Source: a virus (lineage: Duplodnaviria > Caudoviricetes). Taken from it: a stretch of DNA of 64,000 nucleotides. How positions within the stretch are numbered: position 1 is the first letter of the stretch; the number at the start of each line of letters is the position of its first letter. The notes beneath the pieces were generated by a model. It was not told where the DNA came from, searched no databases, and saw only the letters and a program-made list of their open reading frames with translations. Location of the stretch: IMG/VR virus record IMGVR_UViG_3300037424_000564, positions 1-64,000 of that record; one strand, 5' to 3'. Of this stretch, positions 60,738 to 64,000 are shown piece by piece. Position numbers and translations under genes: made by a program.

Positions 60738-60808
60738 TAGCTCTTAACAGAATCGAACTGTTGTTTATGGTATGTAAAACCACCACTCTACCATTGAGTT
60801 AAAGAGCT
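60738..60808 (-). tRNA. tRNA-Val(UAC)
   Basis: GTGGT-TTTACAT-ACCAT. Confidence 0.9.
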
Positions 60809-60818
60809 ATATTACTTG

Positions 60819-60888
60819 TGGAGATAGGCGGAATCGAACCCCCTGCTGAGATTTGCAAGACCTCTGCCCTTTACCAAAACATACCCCC
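60819..60888 (-). tRNA. tRNA-Ala(UGC) with reduced D-arm
   Basis: G3.U70 identity pair; CTTGCAA loop. Confidence 0.8.
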
Positions 60889-60894
60889 AAAACT

Positions 60895-60925
60895 AAAAAA
60901 CCCTTGTCACATAAGCAACAAGGGT
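60895..60925 (-). terminator. Terminator between the leader ORF and the tRNA array
   Basis: ACCCTTGT..ACAAGGGT followed by TTTTT. Confidence 0.8.
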
Positions 60926-60952
60926 GATAAATCTAACTATCCCTGTTACCGT

Positions 60953-61069
60953 TTACATTGTATCCCCACCAAATGCCCAAATAAGATATGAGCGCACATC
61001 AGCTTTAAAGGATGCAGTCATAGCACTCTCTAAATTGACTTTATTAATTGTGGGTTGATTTATATTCAT
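60953..61069 (-). CDS. 38-aa putative leader peptide
   Basis: MNINQPTINKVNLESAMTASFKADVRSYLIWAFGGDTM; downstream of TATAAATA at 61100..61107. Confidence 0.45.
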   Translation of the reverse strand: MNINQPTINKVNLESAMTASFKADVRSYLIWAFGGDTM

Positions 61070-61177
61070 ATATATTTTTCCGTGTAAATTGGTTATCTTT
61101 ATTTATAAAAGATAAATTTTATCTATTCATGAAATAGCGTAACTAGTTGAAATAGTTATTTAAATTATTGATTTTTT

Positions 61178-61384
61178 CTATTCATTATAATCGATGCAAT
61201 ATAACTCACCAGTACCATGTAAATATTTTTGTAATGCTACAATTAACCCAAAACTTTCATTTTCTAGCTCACCATATATAACAGAACAATTTATTTCAGC
61301 CATAACTTTGTTGCATCGTTCATGTAACTTTAATGCTTCTTTTTGTCGTTCTTCTGGTTTGTTAGTTAAATAGTTGAATTCCAT
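61178..61384 (-). CDS. Hypothetical protein downstream of RNA motif copy C
   Basis: AAGGAT RBS. Confidence 0.7.
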   Translation of the reverse strand: MEFNYLTNKPEERQKEALKLHERCNKVMAEINCSVIYGELENESFGLIVALQKYLHGTGELYCIDYNE

Positions 61385-61401
61385 ATTATCCTTAATTAAG
61401 A

Positions 61402-61484
61402 CTAGTGGAGATTAGCAGGCTTATATCAATTAACAGTTGAGTCCCCGAAGGGAGTAGAAGGATGCCTCTTACTATAGCCACTAG
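61402..61484 (-). ncRNA. GCATCCTTCTA-motif structured RNA, copy C
   Basis: Outer stem CTAGTGG/CCACTAG; promoter TTGACA-N17-TACAAT at 61494..61522. Confidence 0.7.
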
Positions 61485-61523
61485 CTTTAAATAATTGTAG
61501 CATGTTTTTATTTAGGTGTCAAT

Positions 61524-61967
61524 TTAAATATCTATAATTCCGAAAACAACGTAATCTGGTTGTTGCTGAAAACTAGTAACATAGGAAATCTGTTTGTTAA
61601 TTTCTCTTCCAGTATAAAATCGGTCATCTGAAAGAATTTTATATTCTTTTAAAATTACAAAATCACCTTTGTTGAAGGTACGATCACCGTTATAACGAAT
61701 TTCGAATGTCTTTTCACCACGTAGAATAGCTTCAAAAAATTCAGGTAGTTCTTTTAGTTCATGTGTTTGTCTCTTCTTAATTGGTTCTTTATATGCACAT
61801 GGAGCACAAGTAAATGCTCGTTTATCACCTAAAAAAATTTGTTTACAAATATGACATACATTTGAGTAGTTTCCACCAGCCCATCCTGCTCTAGGTGGTC
61901 TTTTATCACAATTAAATGTATCATAGAATGGTATATTCATATAATTACTTCCTACGTTATAAACCAA
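61524..61967 (-). CDS. ASCH/PUA (DUF3850-like) domain protein
   Basis: HELKELPEFFEAILRGEKTFEIRYNGDRTFNKGD. Confidence 0.85.
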   Translation of the reverse strand: MVYNVGSNYMNIPFYDTFNCDKRPPRAGWAGGNYSNVCHICKQIFLGDKRAFTCAPCAYKEPIKKRQTHELKELPEFFEAILRGEKTFEIRYNGDRTFNKGDFVILKEYKILSDDRFYTGREINKQISYVTSFQQQPDYVVFGIIDI

Positions 61968-62555
61968 CTAACTCCAAATAAACAATATTACCGATACAAT
62001 TAACGACATAAATGATAACGCACCAATTGCAGCGACAATACGTGATACTGTGTTGCTTACATCGTCAAAACACAATGCAATAAAAACACAAGCAAATATA
62101 ATAATAAATGATGTCTGCATTATTTTAATTAACATTATTATTTTTCATCCATAGTATTAATATCTTTAACAGACAGTTTTCTAAATTTAGAAGCATGAAC
62201 ATCATAAAGAAGTAGAGTATCATCATCAGTTAGTGCTGATTTACCAGAACCAATATAATTACCGAGATACTTAGATTCAAGGGAAAATGTTTTAAAGAAA
62301 TTCATACCATTATGTGAGTACGAAACTTCATAAGTACCAGAGCGAAGTTTAGTAAGAACTTCTTCCTTGGTGAAGCCATTCCCAATATTGGCAGAAGTTA
62401 CTGCTTGAGTAGAATTCAGAGGAGCCGACATGAATTTTCCACAAATAGAACAACGACCTTGATGTTTATAAGTATTAGCGATACAGGTATGCATTATGAT
62501 TTCCTTTCGTTGATTGATTTAATTAAATGTAACATGAATATTGGTTCTTGTCAAT

Positions 62556-63302
62556 TTAATTATTATCTATAATATTTTCTTTTGGTAACATTGCGTGAAT
62601 AGAATCAATTTCTATTTCAGATCCATGTGCATCTTGTTTCTTCAGATCTTCTAGTGACATGTTTCGACGTTTTGCTCTAGTTTCATCTGATGCGACAACA
62701 CCATAAATCTTAACAGAATAACCAGTATATTTACCAAATTTCAATAAAGATTCATATTCATTTACAAATCTACAATCCGATATAATAGCATAAGTTGCTA
62801 ATTTTTCATCGAATGCTTTTTTAATTTTATTAAATGCTGTATCAATCCAGATAGTATCATTAACATATCTACCTAATTCCGTACCTAATAGTTGACCTAA
62901 TTTACGGAATGAATTATTATAATCAATATTCATTGCACAATTATTTACATTCTTAACAAATTCTTCTTGATAAATTTCATAATTTGTTCTTATGCTTTGT
63001 AAACGATATTGTTTATTTTGTGTAATATATGTTGTAGTATCTAGGTTTTCCAACAATGACAATATATTTTTAATGGTATGGTGAGTAATATAATTATGAG
63101 TAAAATTAGATCTAATTGGGGTTGATGTATTTGATTTAGTAAACCCAAAAGAATCATATAAAATTTGTTTGATTGGATCAGCAAACGAAATCATCAATAT
63201 TGAATTACCATCATCTTTAAGTTTTTCAATTTGTCTCATTGCACTATAATCTTTACCTGAGCCTAATTTTCCAGAAAAGGCTAAAACTTTATTCATAAGC
63301 AT
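62556..63302 (-). CDS. Deoxynucleoside monophosphate kinase (gp1-like)
   Basis: AFSGKLGSGKD, SFADPIK, LGQLLGTELGR, ISDCRF..E. Confidence 0.9.
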   Translation of the reverse strand: MLMNKVLAFSGKLGSGKDYSAMRQIEKLKDDGNSILMISFADPIKQILYDSFGFTKSNTSTPIRSNFTHNYITHHTIKNILSLLENLDTTTYITQNKQYRLQSIRTNYEIYQEEFVKNVNNCAMNIDYNNSFRKLGQLLGTELGRYVNDTIWIDTAFNKIKKAFDEKLATYAIISDCRFVNEYESLLKFGKYTGYSVKIYGVVASDETRAKRRNMSLEDLKKQDAHGSEIEIDSIHAMLPKENIIDNN

Positions 63303-63895
63303 TCCTTAATTATTTGTTTAATTTCTTCGTAACTACCAGCAGATTTAAATTTAGACATATCAATATTATTCTCCATAATTAGAGGAAGATGATTATTAAT
63401 ATTTGACCAACCATTGTTATGTAAGTTGATGCATATACCTAAGTTATTGTTTTTATTGATATGTTGTAAAATATGATACGGGTAATCATCAACTAAAATA
63501 CATTTTTTAGTAAAGTTATATTTTTCGATAATATTATTAGAAAACTGGATATCAGTTATACCATAATTATATTTAACAAACTTACTTTTTGCTTCTTTAT
63601 TTTTATATGTGTCTGCATGACTTAATATAGAAACTTCATCAAAATTTTCTTTACACCATTCTACAAATTCTTTTGAACCTTCATATGGTTGAATTAGTTT
63701 ACCATAGATGAAATGGGGATCTTCAAGATAAAAATCAGATGCTCCCTTTCCAAAAGAACGACATAGGAAATCATAGGTAGTAACTTCAGGTAAAGTTAAA
63801 ATCCTATCAGCATATCCTTCAGAGTATAACCAAACTAACCAAGTTTCAATGAAATCACATAGAGTATTATCTAGATCAAGTATAATTCTTTTCAA
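63293..63895 (-). CDS. HAD-family 5'(3')-deoxyribonucleotidase-like protein
   Basis: ILDLDNTL, ILVDDYP. Confidence 0.85.
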   Translation of the reverse strand: MKRIILDLDNTLCDFIETWLVWLYSEGYADRILTLPEVTTYDFLCRSFGKGASDFYLEDPHFIYGKLIQPYEGSKEFVEWCKENFDEVSILSHADTYKNKEAKSKFVKYNYGITDIQFSNNIIEKYNFTKKCILVDDYPYHILQHINKNNNLGICINLHNNGWSNINNHLPLIMENNIDMSKFKSAGSYEEIKQIIKECL

Positions 63896-64000
63896 GCGTA
63901 TTCTCTCCTTAATTTTACTTTACCACACTTAGTACATTCTTTCGATTGTAATACAAATTGAGCAGTTACAATGCCTTCTGATGTTCCTGTATCAGTTTCG

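Noticed and set aside
1-64000. Alternative genetic code (stop-codon recoding)
   Set aside because: Conserved genes (gp18, ThyX, gp44, gp45) are full length under the standard code, and I found no CUA or UCA suppressor anticodon.

Overview
AT-rich segment of a large T4-like (gp55/late-promoter type) myovirus genome, with almost everything on the minus strand. It contains: (i) a split NAD+-dependent DNA ligase flanked by identical copies of a hexapeptide-repeat gene start; (ii) virion genes (PAAR, tail sheath gp18, gp13/14/15, gp16, a gp23/24-like capsid paralogue); (iii) a terminase large subunit fractured by an atypically split intein with a GIY-YIG endonuclease between the halves; (iv) replication and nucleotide genes (gp44/45/62, ThyX, dNMP kinase, MazG, deaminase); (v) translation-related genes (peptide deformylase, Pth2, L7/L12-like); and (vi) a roughly 10 kb tRNA/ncRNA array at 51.3-60.9 kb. 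Three results stand out. First, two 77-nt RNAs carry Arg anticodons (UCU, ACG) but lack a D-arm in the normal place; a D-loop-like segment follows the anticodon arm instead, supported by compensatory base pairs, and Arg is the only amino acid with no cloverleaf tRNA in the array. Second, the array holds many other non-canonical tRNAs and tRNA-like RNAs. Third, a three-copy structured RNA leader precedes a TerD-domain (possibly TROVE/Ro-like) protein, an HNH protein and a small ORF. All RNA folds were worked out by hand and no database search was run.
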